DNA of 64,000 nucleotides from Desulfomicrobium sp. (GTDB lineage: Bacteria > Desulfobacterota > Desulfovibrionia > Desulfovibrionales > Desulfomicrobiaceae). The DNA is taken from assembly GCA_040768745.1 (NCBI GenBank), contig JAXGMI010000002.1, positions 384,001 to 448,000 on the forward strand, written 5' to 3'. Position 1 is the first letter of the stretch, and each line of letters opens with the position of its first letter. This document shows positions 50,477 through 60,011 of this stretch, piece by piece. The translations under genes were made by a program, and so were the position numbers. The notes beneath the pieces were generated by a model. That model did not search any database. It was not told where the DNA came from and saw nothing but the letters and a program-made list of their open reading frames with translations.

Positions 50477-53400
50477 CAGTCTTCCTTGTCCAGAACGTCG
50501 CGGATGGCTCGTCCGACCATGTTTTTGTTGTAGGGTTTGTCCAGAAACAACTTGATGTTGTTCGATCGGGCAGAAAATGCAGCAGCACGCTTCCGGCCGG
50601 AAACCAGAATGACTGGCAGATCCGGTCGAAGTTCTCCCAGGGCCCTGGCCAGATCAAGCCCATTCAGATCCGGCATGTCGTAGTCGGTGATGACCAGATC
50701 AACATGCTGCCGGCCCTCGCCAATGGCCTGCAGGGCCTCCCTGCCGCCATGGAACGGATGCACGGTGTAGCCAAGTTGCGTGAGCACACGCGGGATGAGG
50801 GCCAGCTGGTCCTCGTCGTCTTCCACAAACGCCACACTTTCGGTGCCCATGCTCAGGGCATGGGCACATTCTCCTGGCAGGAGACAGAAATCGCGCATGG
50901 TCGGCAACAGGATTTCGAAGCGGGTACACCCGGGACTGCTGCTCAGCCGGATCTCGCCTCCATGGTTGCGGACAATGCCGTGCACCACGGCAAGGCCAAG
51001 TCCGGTTCCCTCTCCCTTGCCCTTGGTGGTGAAAAACGGGTCATAAATTTTGTCCTGGATGGATTCGTCGATGCCGGGACCGTCGTCCTCGATGGACAGC
51101 AGGGTATAGATTCCTGGTTCCATCCTCCCAAAATGCGGGTCATCCCGATCCAGAACAAAACGCGCAAGCCGGATGGAAATGGTGCCTCTGCCCTCACCCA
51201 GGGCCTGAAAGGCGTTGGTCGTTAGATTCATGACGATCTGGTGCACCTGGGTCGGGTCGGCCAGACAAAAGGGAAGCTCCTCGTCAATCTGTGATGCGAC
51301 GTGAATGTTGCGGGGCACGGAAACTTTGATCAGGGCAACGGCCTCCCTGACCACCTCGCTCAGGTCCGTGGGGACGAATCCTTCCTGGGTCGGGCGGCTG
51401 AACGTGAGAATCTGCTTGATAAGGCCACTGCCCCGGACCGCTGCCTTGAGACAACGTTTCAGGTCCTTCCAGGCCATGCTGTCCTCAGGAATATCCTCCA
51501 TGGCCAATTCCGTGGAATTCATGATGGAAGTCAATATATTATTGAAATCGTGGGCAATCCCTCCCGCCAACGTGCCGATAGCCTCCATCTTCTGGGACTG
51601 CAGAAGTTGCTTTTCCAGATTCACATTCTGGGTGATGTCTTCAGCTGTGCTCAGCACGCCCACCACCTCGCCGTGGGGGCCATGCAAGGGCACCTGGCTG
51701 ATCGAAAGCCACATGCGTTCTCCCACTGCATTGGAGGTCTCCAACCGCATCCGGTAGCGTGGTTCATCGCTTTCGACCACCTCCTTGTCCAGAAGGGAGA
51801 TCTGTTCGACCTCGTCCTGATTCCGGACGACATCGGCATAGGTTTTACCAATGATGGCGGCGAGATCAGATTGGCCGGCATAGACGAGGAAATTGCGATT
51901 GGCCCCGAGAAAATTCAGGTTGCGATCCTTCCAGTGCACGAGCTGGGGAATGGTATCCAAAACCAGCTGCAGCATGGCCTCGGAGGCTGCCAGGGCCAGT
52001 TCAGCAGCCTTGCGGTCGCTGATGTCCTCCACGAACCCCTCGAAATGGCAGAAATCCCCGTCGGATCCATACACTCCCCGCGCATTGAGGTTGGCGGTGA
52101 TGACAGATCCGTCCCGGGTTTTGAAAAGCACTTCGAGTTCGATGCTGTCCCGGGTCTGTTGGTACAGCTCAAGAATCCTGAACCGGTCGCTTTGCTGGTA
52201 ATAGACTGAAGAGATGTTGGGATTCGAGGCCATCAGTTCCTCTGGGCTGGCGTAGCCCAGCATGCGGGCCATGGACGGGTTGACAACCAGCCAGGTTCCG
52301 TCAGGTGCAGTCCGGAAAATTCCCAGAGCGGAATTTTCAAAAATTTCGCGATATTTCTCTTCGGCCGCGCGCAGGTCGTTCTCGGCCTTCTTGCGGTCGG
52401 AAATATCGTAAATCACGCCCACAATGCCTGCTTTTTGGCCCTGCACATCGCTGTAGGTCGCTTTGTGCAACACAGCGGATCTCAAGGACCCGTCTCTGTG
52501 CTGAATCTGAGTCTCAAAGGATTCCAAACGGTTGTCCAGAAGTGCGGCATATCCGGAACCCAAGGGTGCCGGAACAGGCAAACCCGACTGCCCCACTTCC
52601 CGCCAGATAGACCCGAACCAATGCTCAAAAGCCCTGTTGATGCCTGAAATGGTTCCGCTTTTATCCGTAAAGTAGATGGGAATGGGCAGGGTGTCCATCA
52701 GGGTGCGCAGGAAGGAAAGCTGGTTCTTGATGCGAACCTCAATCTGCTTGCGCTCCCAGATGTTGATGACCAGAAGGACCAGGACCAGGCTCAGGACGAC
52801 AAGGCTGATGATGATGGTCCAGAACTGATGGCGGTTGATGGAATAGAAGGGGGACGGCTCGTTGATCAGGATGCTGTCCGGGGGAAGAAGTTTCCGGTCG
52901 ATACCCAGGCGCAGCAGAACCTGATAGTCGAACTTGGGAGGTGCGTCGGGGCTAAAGATGACTGGAATGGCGGCCGGCGACTCCCCGGCCAGGATGCGCA
53001 AACCCATTTCCGCAGCGGCTTGGCCATGGTCGTACCCACTGATCATCTTGCCGCCGATCAGGCCGTGCCCAAGCAGAAATTCCCATGCCCCGTACAGGGG
53101 CACGCCGGTGTTTCTCCACACTATCTCCAGCAAATCCTGGGCGGAGTACACCCATCCTCCCACTTCTTTGTAGAAAGGGATGAAAAAGAAAATGCTGTCA
53201 CCTGCCGAGGAACGAACCTTGTCCAGGAGTTCATCCAGGCTGAAATCGTCCAGAAACTCGACCTGCATGTTCTTGGGCAACTCCGGAATATGGGCCCGGA
53301 CCTGATTGGCGATGGCCACGCCGGTCATGCTCTGGTCCCCGATGACCACCAAACGTTTCTTCCCCGGATGAAAACGCATGGCCATGGTGATGTTGTTCAG

Positions 53401-53871
53401 CATGTCAAAGTCTTCCAGCACCCCGGTCATGCGGTGGCGCATGGGCACCTCTTCGGGCGGCACGTCGTTGACCCCGCAAAAGACGATGGGCACGTCTGGG
53501 AAGAGGTCGTCCCCGTGCTCCGAGACAAAGCTGTACGCATTGTTGTCAGCTGCGACGATCAGGTCGAAGCGGGTGTTGCGGAACTTGAAACGGTAGTAGT
53601 TGAGCAACACTTCGATGATCTTGTCCCCGAAATACCGCCTGGAATCCATGTATTCGATCTGCAGATAGATGTTCTTGCCACTGCGCTCGAATGTCTGACG
53701 CGCTCCCTCAAGAATCGTATCCGACCATGCGTATCCGTTATGGTACGAATTGAGGTAAAGCACGTTGATCTTGCGACCCTCCTGCCCAAGGGCTGGGCAG
53801 GCCAGGACCAGAACGGCAAGCAGAACCAGGCAGAATCTCAGCACCGCCACTCCCCGCAATTCCAAGGCCAT
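50476..53871 (-). CDS. Hybrid sensor histidine kinase (periplasmic binding domain, PAS domains, HisKA, HATPase, REC; LurS-like by synteny); start uncertain
   Basis: GIAHDFNNIL H-box, FFTTKGKGEGTGLGL, C-terminal REC domain. Confidence 0.92.
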   Translation of the reverse strand: MALELRGVAVLRFCLVLLAVLVLACPALGQEGRKINVLYLNSYHNGYAWSDTILEGARQTFERSGKNIYLQIEYMDSRRYFGDKIIEVLLNYYRFKFRNTRFDLIVAADNNAYSFVSEHGDDLFPDVPIVFCGVNDVPPEEVPMRHRMTGVLEDFDMLNNITMAMRFHPGKKRLVVIGDQSMTGVAIANQVRAHIPELPKNMQVEFLDDFSLDELLDKVRSSAGDSIFFFIPFYKEVGGWVYSAQDLLEIVWRNTGVPLYGAWEFLLGHGLIGGKMISGYDHGQAAAEMGLRILAGESPAAIPVIFSPDAPPKFDYQVLLRLGIDRKLLPPDSILINEPSPFYSINRHQFWTIIISLVVLSLVLVLLVINIWERKQIEVRIKNQLSFLRTLMDTLPIPIYFTDKSGTISGINRAFEHWFGSIWREVGQSGLPVPAPLGSGYAALLDNRLESFETQIQHRDGSLRSAVLHKATYSDVQGQKAGIVGVIYDISDRKKAENDLRAAEEKYREIFENSALGIFRTAPDGTWLVVNPSMARMLGYASPEELMASNPNISSVYYQQSDRFRILELYQQTRDSIELEVLFKTRDGSVITANLNARGVYGSDGDFCHFEGFVEDISDRKAAELALAASEAMLQLVLDTIPQLVHWKDRNLNFLGANRNFLVYAGQSDLAAIIGKTYADVVRNQDEVEQISLLDKEVVESDEPRYRMRLETSNAVGERMWLSISQVPLHGPHGEVVGVLSTAEDITQNVNLEKQLLQSQKMEAIGTLAGGIAHDFNNILTSIMNSTELAMEDIPEDSMAWKDLKRCLKAAVRGSGLIKQILTFSRPTQEGFVPTDLSEVVREAVALIKVSVPRNIHVASQIDEELPFCLADPTQVHQIVMNLTTNAFQALGEGRGTISIRLARFVLDRDDPHFGRMEPGIYTLLSIEDDGPGIDESIQDKIYDPFFTTKGKGEGTGLGLAVVHGIVRNHGGEIRLSSSPGCTRFEILLPTMRDFCLLPGECAHALSMGTESVAFVEDDEDQLALIPRVLTQLGYTVHPFHGGREALQAIGEGRQHVDLVITDYDMPDLNGLDLARALGELRPDLPVILVSGRKRAAAFSARSNNIKLFLDKPYNKNMVGRAIRDVLDKED

Positions 53872-53967
53872 TTCCCCTGCAGCATCCCTTGGCCGTGGGG
53901 GATGTCCATGAGTCCATCCCGGCCAGCCAAACGGTGTCCGCCTATCGCGCAGAGGCTGCATGATAGA

Positions 53968-54846
53968 CTAGCGCATCCCGTTCACATGCTTCAAGGCCCT
54001 GTACAGGGCCTGGGTCCCCATATTTTCCAGTCCCTGGGCCATGGCCGCCACATACAACTGCTCCACCAGGGCCAACCCAGGCAGGGCAATCCCCATTCTC
54101 CTGGCCTCGGCCAGGGCAATACCCATGTCTTTGACGAAGTGCTTGATGAAGAATCCCGGGTTGTAGTCGTCCTTGGCAATGCGCCGCCCCAGGTTGTTGA
54201 TGGACCACGACCCGGCCGCCCCGCTGCCGATGACATCGATGACGGCGTCCATGTCCAGGCCGGAACGCACGGCGTAGAGCAACGATTCCACCACTCCGAC
54301 CATGGTCCCGGCGATGAGGATCTGGTTGCTCATCTTCGTATGCTGGCCTGCTCCGGCCTGACCCATAAGGCGGACGTTCTTCCCCATTTTCTCAAACAGA
54401 GGCAACGTCCGGTCAAAGGCGTCTTCGTCTCCGCCAGCCATGATGGCCAGGGTGGCGTTGCGGGCTCCCAGATCGCCGCCGGAAACCGGCGCATCCAGGG
54501 AGAACACACCCCGTTTCCGGGCCGCGGCATAGATTTCCCGGGCCAAGGACGGCTCCGATGTGGTCATGTCGATCACCACGCTTCCCGAAGCGGACTGGTC
54601 CAGAATTCCGCCTTGATCCAGGTACACGGATCGCACGTCCGCTGGGTAGCCGACAATGGTAAAGATAAATTCCGATCCCCTGGCCACGTCTCCGGGGCGC
54701 TCGCACCACTCTGCTCCGACAGCGAGGACACTTTGCGCCGAGGACTTTGTGCGGGTGTGCACCTTGACCGAATGCCCGGCCTGCAAAAGATGACCGCACA
54801 TGGAACGTCCCATCACTCCGATACCAACCCAGCCTATGCTGCTCAT
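53968..54846 (-). CDS. NAD(P)-dependent beta-hydroxyacid dehydrogenase (3-hydroxyisobutyrate dehydrogenase family)
   Basis: GIGVMG, DAPVSGG, KMSNQ. Confidence 0.9.
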   Translation of the reverse strand: MSSIGWVGIGVMGRSMCGHLLQAGHSVKVHTRTKSSAQSVLAVGAEWCERPGDVARGSEFIFTIVGYPADVRSVYLDQGGILDQSASGSVVIDMTTSEPSLAREIYAAARKRGVFSLDAPVSGGDLGARNATLAIMAGGDEDAFDRTLPLFEKMGKNVRLMGQAGAGQHTKMSNQILIAGTMVGVVESLLYAVRSGLDMDAVIDVIGSGAAGSWSINNLGRRIAKDDYNPGFFIKHFVKDMGIALAEARRMGIALPGLALVEQLYVAAMAQGLENMGTQALYRALKHVNGMR

Positions 54847-55040
54847 GATTCCTCCGATTTTTCCCAACTGCGCTCAATGCAGGCAAAAATCTCGATTTGT
54901 CTTCCGGGCCTGTGTCGAAAAAGTCTGAAAAATTGCAGTAAGAAAATTGATTTCAACATATTACAAAAAAAATTGCCAAATCCGCCTGACATGCTTATAT
55001 TGAAGAACTGTGTTTTGAAGCTCCATAAAAAGAGGTTGCC

Positions 55041-55358
55041 ATGATCTGCCAAAAATGCGGATGCGAAAGTGTCGCTGAAGAATCCATATCCTACCAGATG
55101 GAATGTCGAAACCATTTGTTTTGTTTCGAGGATGTTCCTGCCCCCAAATGCCCTGAATGCGGGCATGTGATCATCACCGAAGAAGCCATGGGCGTCATGC
55201 TGACCAAGGTCGAGCAACTGTCCCAGAAAGCCACAATTTCATATCATAGATGTCGATGGCCCAAAGCACAACTCCTGGAGGATCAATCCGCCTTGGGAGC
55301 ATCTGTGCAGGCCGCTGCCGAACTTGTGGAATCCCTTAACAAGAGCATGCGCAAATAG
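55041..55358 (+). CDS. YgiT-type zinc-finger protein
   Basis: CQKCG...FEDVPAPKCPECG. Confidence 0.7.
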   Translation: MICQKCGCESVAEESISYQMECRNHLFCFEDVPAPKCPECGHVIITEEAMGVMLTKVEQLSQKATISYHRCRWPKAQLLEDQSALGASVQAAAELVESLNKSMRK

Positions 55359-55510
55359 CGAACGGGCATGTACAGAATGAAAAGCCGCTGCCTGCTGCTT
55401 TTCGTGCCGGGCTGGGCTCAAAAACGGCCAGGAAGGTCAGGGTGGCCCAAAAGCTGCTATGAACTGGACTGGCATCCTTTTCAGCCAGGTTTTTGACATG
55501 GAGACACCCC

Positions 55511-56419
55511 ATGAGCCTTCTTGACCGCATGCAACTGATGACCACCATGGGCACCGCACCCGAGCGCCAGTACCGTATGGCGGATCCGGTTTCACCGAAG
55601 GACGCGGGATTCGCGCAGGAAATGAACGTCGCCCTGCACGCGGCTGCGCGTACGTTGAACGCGGAAGCGGGCGGATCGGTCCTGGAAAACGCCCTCATGC
55701 ACAACGCCCTGAACGGCCTGGCCTCCCTCTTGCCCCAGCGTTCCAGGCGATCCACCGCCAGAGACGCCTCGACCACACCAGATCACGAAGGCATTGGCGC
55801 CCTGTCGGCGAGATTCGAGTCTGGTGCGGGGGGAGTGGGCGCCATAGGCTACGACAGGAACGGCGGCACGTCTTACGGGACCTATCAAATTGCCTCCAAG
55901 CCAGGAACCATGAGCCGGTTCATCGAATATCTGGAGGAAAAAGCCCCGGAATGGGCTTCAGCGCTCAAATCCGCTGGCCCGGCCAATACTGGATCAACCC
56001 AGGGGGGCATGCCTGCGGCCTGGAAGAAGATTGCAGACCGCGCTCCTGAACAATTCGAGCGCATGCAACGGGAATTCATTGCCGAGACGCATTACGAGCC
56101 TGCTCGCGACAAGATTTTGGCAAATACCGGGGTGGATGTGAACACTCTTCCGGCCGCGGTGCAGGAGGCCTTGTGGAGCACTGCGGTACAGCACGGCGCG
56201 GCTGGTGCGGCAGGCATTTTCAGCCGGGCCATATCAGCAGCAGGGAACAAAGCCCATGGAACCCCGTTCGCCCAGAAGTTGATCGACCTGGTTTACGAGG
56301 ACAGGAAACGCAACTTTGCCTCGTCCACGGCCGCGGTGCAGAGCAGCGTGCGGGGTCGGATGAACATTGAAAGGGACATGGCCTTGGCCATATTGAACAG
56401 GAACGAAAGCTCGGCCTGA
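55511..56419 (+). CDS. Putative lysozyme-like peptidoglycan hydrolase (similar to the VgrG3 C-terminal domain)
   Basis: LSARFESG...GGTSYGTYQ...WSTAVQHG motifs. Confidence 0.65.
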   Translation: MSLLDRMQLMTTMGTAPERQYRMADPVSPKDAGFAQEMNVALHAAARTLNAEAGGSVLENALMHNALNGLASLLPQRSRRSTARDASTTPDHEGIGALSARFESGAGGVGAIGYDRNGGTSYGTYQIASKPGTMSRFIEYLEEKAPEWASALKSAGPANTGSTQGGMPAAWKKIADRAPEQFERMQREFIAETHYEPARDKILANTGVDVNTLPAAVQEALWSTAVQHGAAGAAGIFSRAISAAGNKAHGTPFAQKLIDLVYEDRKRNFASSTAAVQSSVRGRMNIERDMALAILNRNESSA

Positions 56420-56459
56420 TCCCTGGGCAGGACCTGAAATGCCGGACCAGGGGCATCCG

Positions 56460-57434
56460 CTATTCCCCCTTGCTGCTCACGATCTGCTTGTAGGTTTCCA
56501 GAAGTTCCACAAAGGCGTCATGGTCCCCACCTTTGTCCGGATGCATGGACATGGCCTTCCTGCGGAAAATCCGGGCGAATTCCCGACGGGACAGGGCCCG
56601 GATCTGACCCATGCTCAGGCCGAAAAGCGCATGCACCCGCTCCGGGGTCACGGGCTTCGCCCTGGGCTTGTGACGCCTGAAATCATTCATAAAATTCTGA
56701 AAGATGCGGGCAAACGTCGGATCAGGACCGAATGCGTGGTCATAGTGCATGATTGCGTACCGCCTGAGATAGACCCGGGCCGCACCTTCATGTCCGCCCC
56801 ATATTTCTGAGTTCTTCTCCAGAGCGCAGTATTCACACAGAAAGGCCTCGTCCACGAGTCTTTCCTCCAGGGCCTCGGGCATGATCCTGGCCGAAAGCGA
56901 CGCAAAGTGTCGTTGCAGGTTGAAAACCGCGTACACATAGGTGCGCGCCTCGTGCACGGGAAGCTCCCGTTCCATGCGCAGAAACATCTGCTCCACCTCG
57001 TCCCGACATTTTCCGACCAGAATGCGGAAAAGCTTGGGATTGACCTCGTCAATGCGGCTCAAATTGACCTCCCCGGAACGCAGATACGCCATCCGCCGGC
57101 GGTCAAAAGCCGGAAGTTCCAGGATGAGCTGCTCCTGGGTAAGGGTCATTGTGGTCCGGGTCCATGGTCTGGGCCGCGCAGCGCGGGGCTCAAATCCCCT
57201 GGGCGCCAGGAACCCGAACACCTCATCCAGCTCGTCCATGTCCAGGTCATGGCAGGCCAGTGCTTCCAGAAGCTCCTCCGCATAGACGATGCCAAAGCGC
57301 GTGAACGCGACCAAGCGGGCCGGATCTCCCCCCAGATCGGCAAGCACCTCATAGTCCAGCCCTGACCCGCGGGAAACTGTCCTGCGCAGTTCATACCGCG
57401 TGCCCCTCGTCTCCTTCAATGCGGCTATGTACAT
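56460..57434 (-). CDS. C-terminal J-domain-containing protein
   Basis: FRRKAMSMHPDKGG. Confidence 0.8.
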   Translation of the reverse strand: MYIAALKETRGTRYELRRTVSRGSGLDYEVLADLGGDPARLVAFTRFGIVYAEELLEALACHDLDMDELDEVFGFLAPRGFEPRAARPRPWTRTTMTLTQEQLILELPAFDRRRMAYLRSGEVNLSRIDEVNPKLFRILVGKCRDEVEQMFLRMERELPVHEARTYVYAVFNLQRHFASLSARIMPEALEERLVDEAFLCEYCALEKNSEIWGGHEGAARVYLRRYAIMHYDHAFGPDPTFARIFQNFMNDFRRHKPRAKPVTPERVHALFGLSMGQIRALSRREFARIFRRKAMSMHPDKGGDHDAFVELLETYKQIVSSKGE

Positions 57435-58417
57435 GCGTCCACCCGCCAGTTCAGAGGTTTGCCGGCCAGATAGGGCACCACGGTGCCGATTCGGCGCGGC
57501 ACGGTCCAGGTTTCGCGCACCAGGCGCACTTCCTTGCGCGGAGGGCGCAGGCCGTAGGCAGCGCAGGCCTGGTCCGAAACAAACCCCTGCAGACGGTCCA
57601 AGGCCTTGTGCTGCTCGAAAAAATCGGCCAGGGCGGGCAGGGCCACGGGTGCGGAAAAAATTCCCGCCGCGCAGCCTGGCGCCTCCTTTGCCTCGACAGG
57701 GTGGGGCGCCGTGTCGCTGCCGAAGAAGACCTTGGGGTGAGCAAGTGCCGCTTGCTGCAAGGCGTCCCGGTCCTCGGGGCGCTTGGCGATGGGCTTGCAG
57801 AAAAGGTGGGGCTGCATGAGCCCTCCCAGCACGTCGTCCAGGGTCAGCAGCAGGTGGTGCAGGGTGATGGTGGCGTACATCCGGTCGACCCTGTCCAGCA
57901 GGGTTACGGCCTGGCGGGTGGTGAGGTGCTCCAGGACGATGCGCAAGCGGGGAAAGTTGCGGGCCCAGCGTTCCGCGACAGGCAGGAACAAGGCCTCACG
58001 GTCCATGACGAACCCGCACGCCTCCCCATGCACGAGAAGGGGGATGTCCAGTTCCTCCATAAGCGCCAGGGTCGGTTCGGCCTGGTCCAGTTCGGCCACT
58101 CCGGTTTCGGAATGCGTCGTCATCCCGGAAGGGTAGAGCTTGACCCCCAGAATGTGCGGCTTGACGGCCTGCAGTTCCTGACGAGAAAACGGTCGGAAAA
58201 AAAGCGTCATCAGGGGCTCGAAAACATGTCCGGCCACAGCGGCCAGGATTGACTCACGGTAGGAGAGGACCTGCTCTGCATCGGTCACCGGCGTGGTCAG
58301 GTTGGGCATGGCCACTGCTGCGGCAAAATCACGGGCCGTATACGGGGCCACCAGGGAGAGCATCGGGCCCTGGCGCAGATGAACATGCATGTCGACAGGG
58401 GAATGCAGGATGAGCAT
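57425..58417 (-). CDS. pyrC: Dihydroorotase
   Basis: DMHVHLR, MPNL, KLYP, FCKP, GSDTAPH. Confidence 0.94.
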   Translation of the reverse strand: MLILHSPVDMHVHLRQGPMLSLVAPYTARDFAAAVAMPNLTTPVTDAEQVLSYRESILAAVAGHVFEPLMTLFFRPFSRQELQAVKPHILGVKLYPSGMTTHSETGVAELDQAEPTLALMEELDIPLLVHGEACGFVMDREALFLPVAERWARNFPRLRIVLEHLTTRQAVTLLDRVDRMYATITLHHLLLTLDDVLGGLMQPHLFCKPIAKRPEDRDALQQAALAHPKVFFGSDTAPHPVEAKEAPGCAAGIFSAPVALPALADFFEQHKALDRLQGFVSDQACAAYGLRPPRKEVRLVRETWTVPRRIGTVVPYLAGKPLNWRVDACT

Positions 58418-58434
58418 GAAACCTCCTGAACACC

Positions 58435-58878
58435 TCAATTAGGTCCGGAAACAAGATAGGCAAGGGCCGCGTAGCGAGCCAGCTTGCCCAGCAGGACTGG
58501 GGGGAGAAACGCGGTCAGGGGCAGGCCGAGAAGTCCGGCTATGGCGCAAAGAGGGTCGCCGATGACCGGAACCCAGGCCAGGAAGAGGCTCCACGGACCG
58601 TAACGGCCGAAGATGCGTTTGGCCCGGTCCCGATCCTGTGCGGACAGGCGCAGCAGCCTGGCCAGAAAGGCTTCGCTCCCCCACCGCCCCAGTGCCCAGG
58701 TGGTCACCGCCCCCAGAGTATTGCCCGCCGTGGCCACCGCCACGCAAAGCATGGGCTCCCCTCCTGCCAGGATCAAGGCCGCCAGGCCCGCTTCGGACGC
58801 CGCGGGAAAAAACGAGGCCGCCACGAAGGACAACCCGAAAAGGCCGTGCAGGCCGTACTCCAAAAAAAATTGTTCCAC
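58435..58878 (-). CDS. YqaA/DedA-family membrane protein
   Basis: ATAGNTLG, WVPVIGDPL, GKLARY; GTG start. Confidence 0.88.
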   Translation of the reverse strand: MEQFFLEYGLHGLFGLSFVAASFFPAASEAGLAALILAGGEPMLCVAVATAGNTLGAVTTWALGRWGSEAFLARLLRLSAQDRDRAKRIFGRYGPWSLFLAWVPVIGDPLCAIAGLLGLPLTAFLPPVLLGKLARYAALAYLVSGPN

Positions 58879-58882
58879 TGAC

Positions 58883-59911
58883 TCAGGCGGTAAACAGGAA
58901 GGCGTTGGGGGTCGAAGCCACTTGCGGAAACCTGGACAGGATCCGCCACGCATTGTCGGCCATGGCCTCCCGCGTGTGCCCCCGGACCAGCTCCGGCCAG
59001 AGGCTGTGGCCGTGGACAAAGTTGGCCGCCAGATAGACCGCGTATTTTTTGTACAGCTTGATGGCCCGCGTTGGCTCGAACCAGTGCCAGATGCGTTCGA
59101 TCATGGCCAGGGCGGTGCGCAGATAGATGCCCTGGTCCGGAACGAATCCGGCGGTCAGCTCGGCAAATATCCACGGCCGGGCAACGGCCATGCGGCCGAT
59201 GGACACCCCGGCGCACCCGGTCTCGCAAAGCATGCGGCTGCAGTGGGCGGCGGAAAAGACGTCCCCATTGCCCAGAACCGGGATGGACACCGCCTCGACC
59301 ACGGCCCGGATATGCTCCTGTCTGGGCGGCCTGGACCGGCGGTCCGGGGCCACGCGCGGATGGAAGGTCAGCAGGTCAGCGCCTGCCTCCTCGAAGCGCT
59401 GGGCCAAATCCACCGCCAAGTCGGGCGAATTTCCCCACCCGCTGCGGAACTTGACCATTACCGGACAGCCAACGGCCTGGCGCACGGCGCGGACAATGGC
59501 CACGGCCCGCTGGGGATCCCTCAGCAGGGCCGCGCCATATCCCCTCTTGCAGATGGCGGCCACGGAACAGCCCATGTTGATGTCCACCCCCATGAAGCCT
59601 TCGGCCTCGATCCTGCTCGCGGCCCGGGCCATGGACTGCGGCTCGCCCCCGAAAATCTGGCAGACCAGTCGTCCGGCCTCCTCGTCCCGCCAGCGAAAGA
59701 CCGCGGAAGAGTGCCTGTTCTCAGACGGGACGGCCAGGGCGTTGCACATTTCCGTGACCATGAACCCAAATCCCCCGAACCCGGCCAGGACCTCCCTGAA
59801 CGCCACATGACCAAGCCCGGCCATGGGGGCCAGCACCAGCCGGGAGTCAAGTTCCCTCCTGCCTACAGGCAAGACAGCGGAAAGCATGGTTCGAAGGGCG
59901 TGGGGGTGCAT
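58883..59911 (-). CDS. tRNA-dihydrouridine synthase family protein
   Basis: LAPMAG, DINMGC, GAALL, GNGDV. Confidence 0.9.
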   Translation of the reverse strand: MHPHALRTMLSAVLPVGRRELDSRLVLAPMAGLGHVAFREVLAGFGGFGFMVTEMCNALAVPSENRHSSAVFRWRDEEAGRLVCQIFGGEPQSMARAASRIEAEGFMGVDINMGCSVAAICKRGYGAALLRDPQRAVAIVRAVRQAVGCPVMVKFRSGWGNSPDLAVDLAQRFEEAGADLLTFHPRVAPDRRSRPPRQEHIRAVVEAVSIPVLGNGDVFSAAHCSRMLCETGCAGVSIGRMAVARPWIFAELTAGFVPDQGIYLRTALAMIERIWHWFEPTRAIKLYKKYAVYLAANFVHGHSLWPELVRGHTREAMADNAWRILSRFPQVASTPNAFLFTA

Positions 59912-60011
59912 GAAACTACCTGGCGCAGTCGCGGGATAAAGACAAAAACCGGGGCCGTTTCGCGGCAACGCGCACGGCACCTGCGCAGGGGAGTCGACCA
60001 CCCCCCCTTGG

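Noticed and set aside
52828..55044. 738-aa + strand ORF
   Set aside because: Shadow spanning the sensor kinase and dehydrogenase genes.
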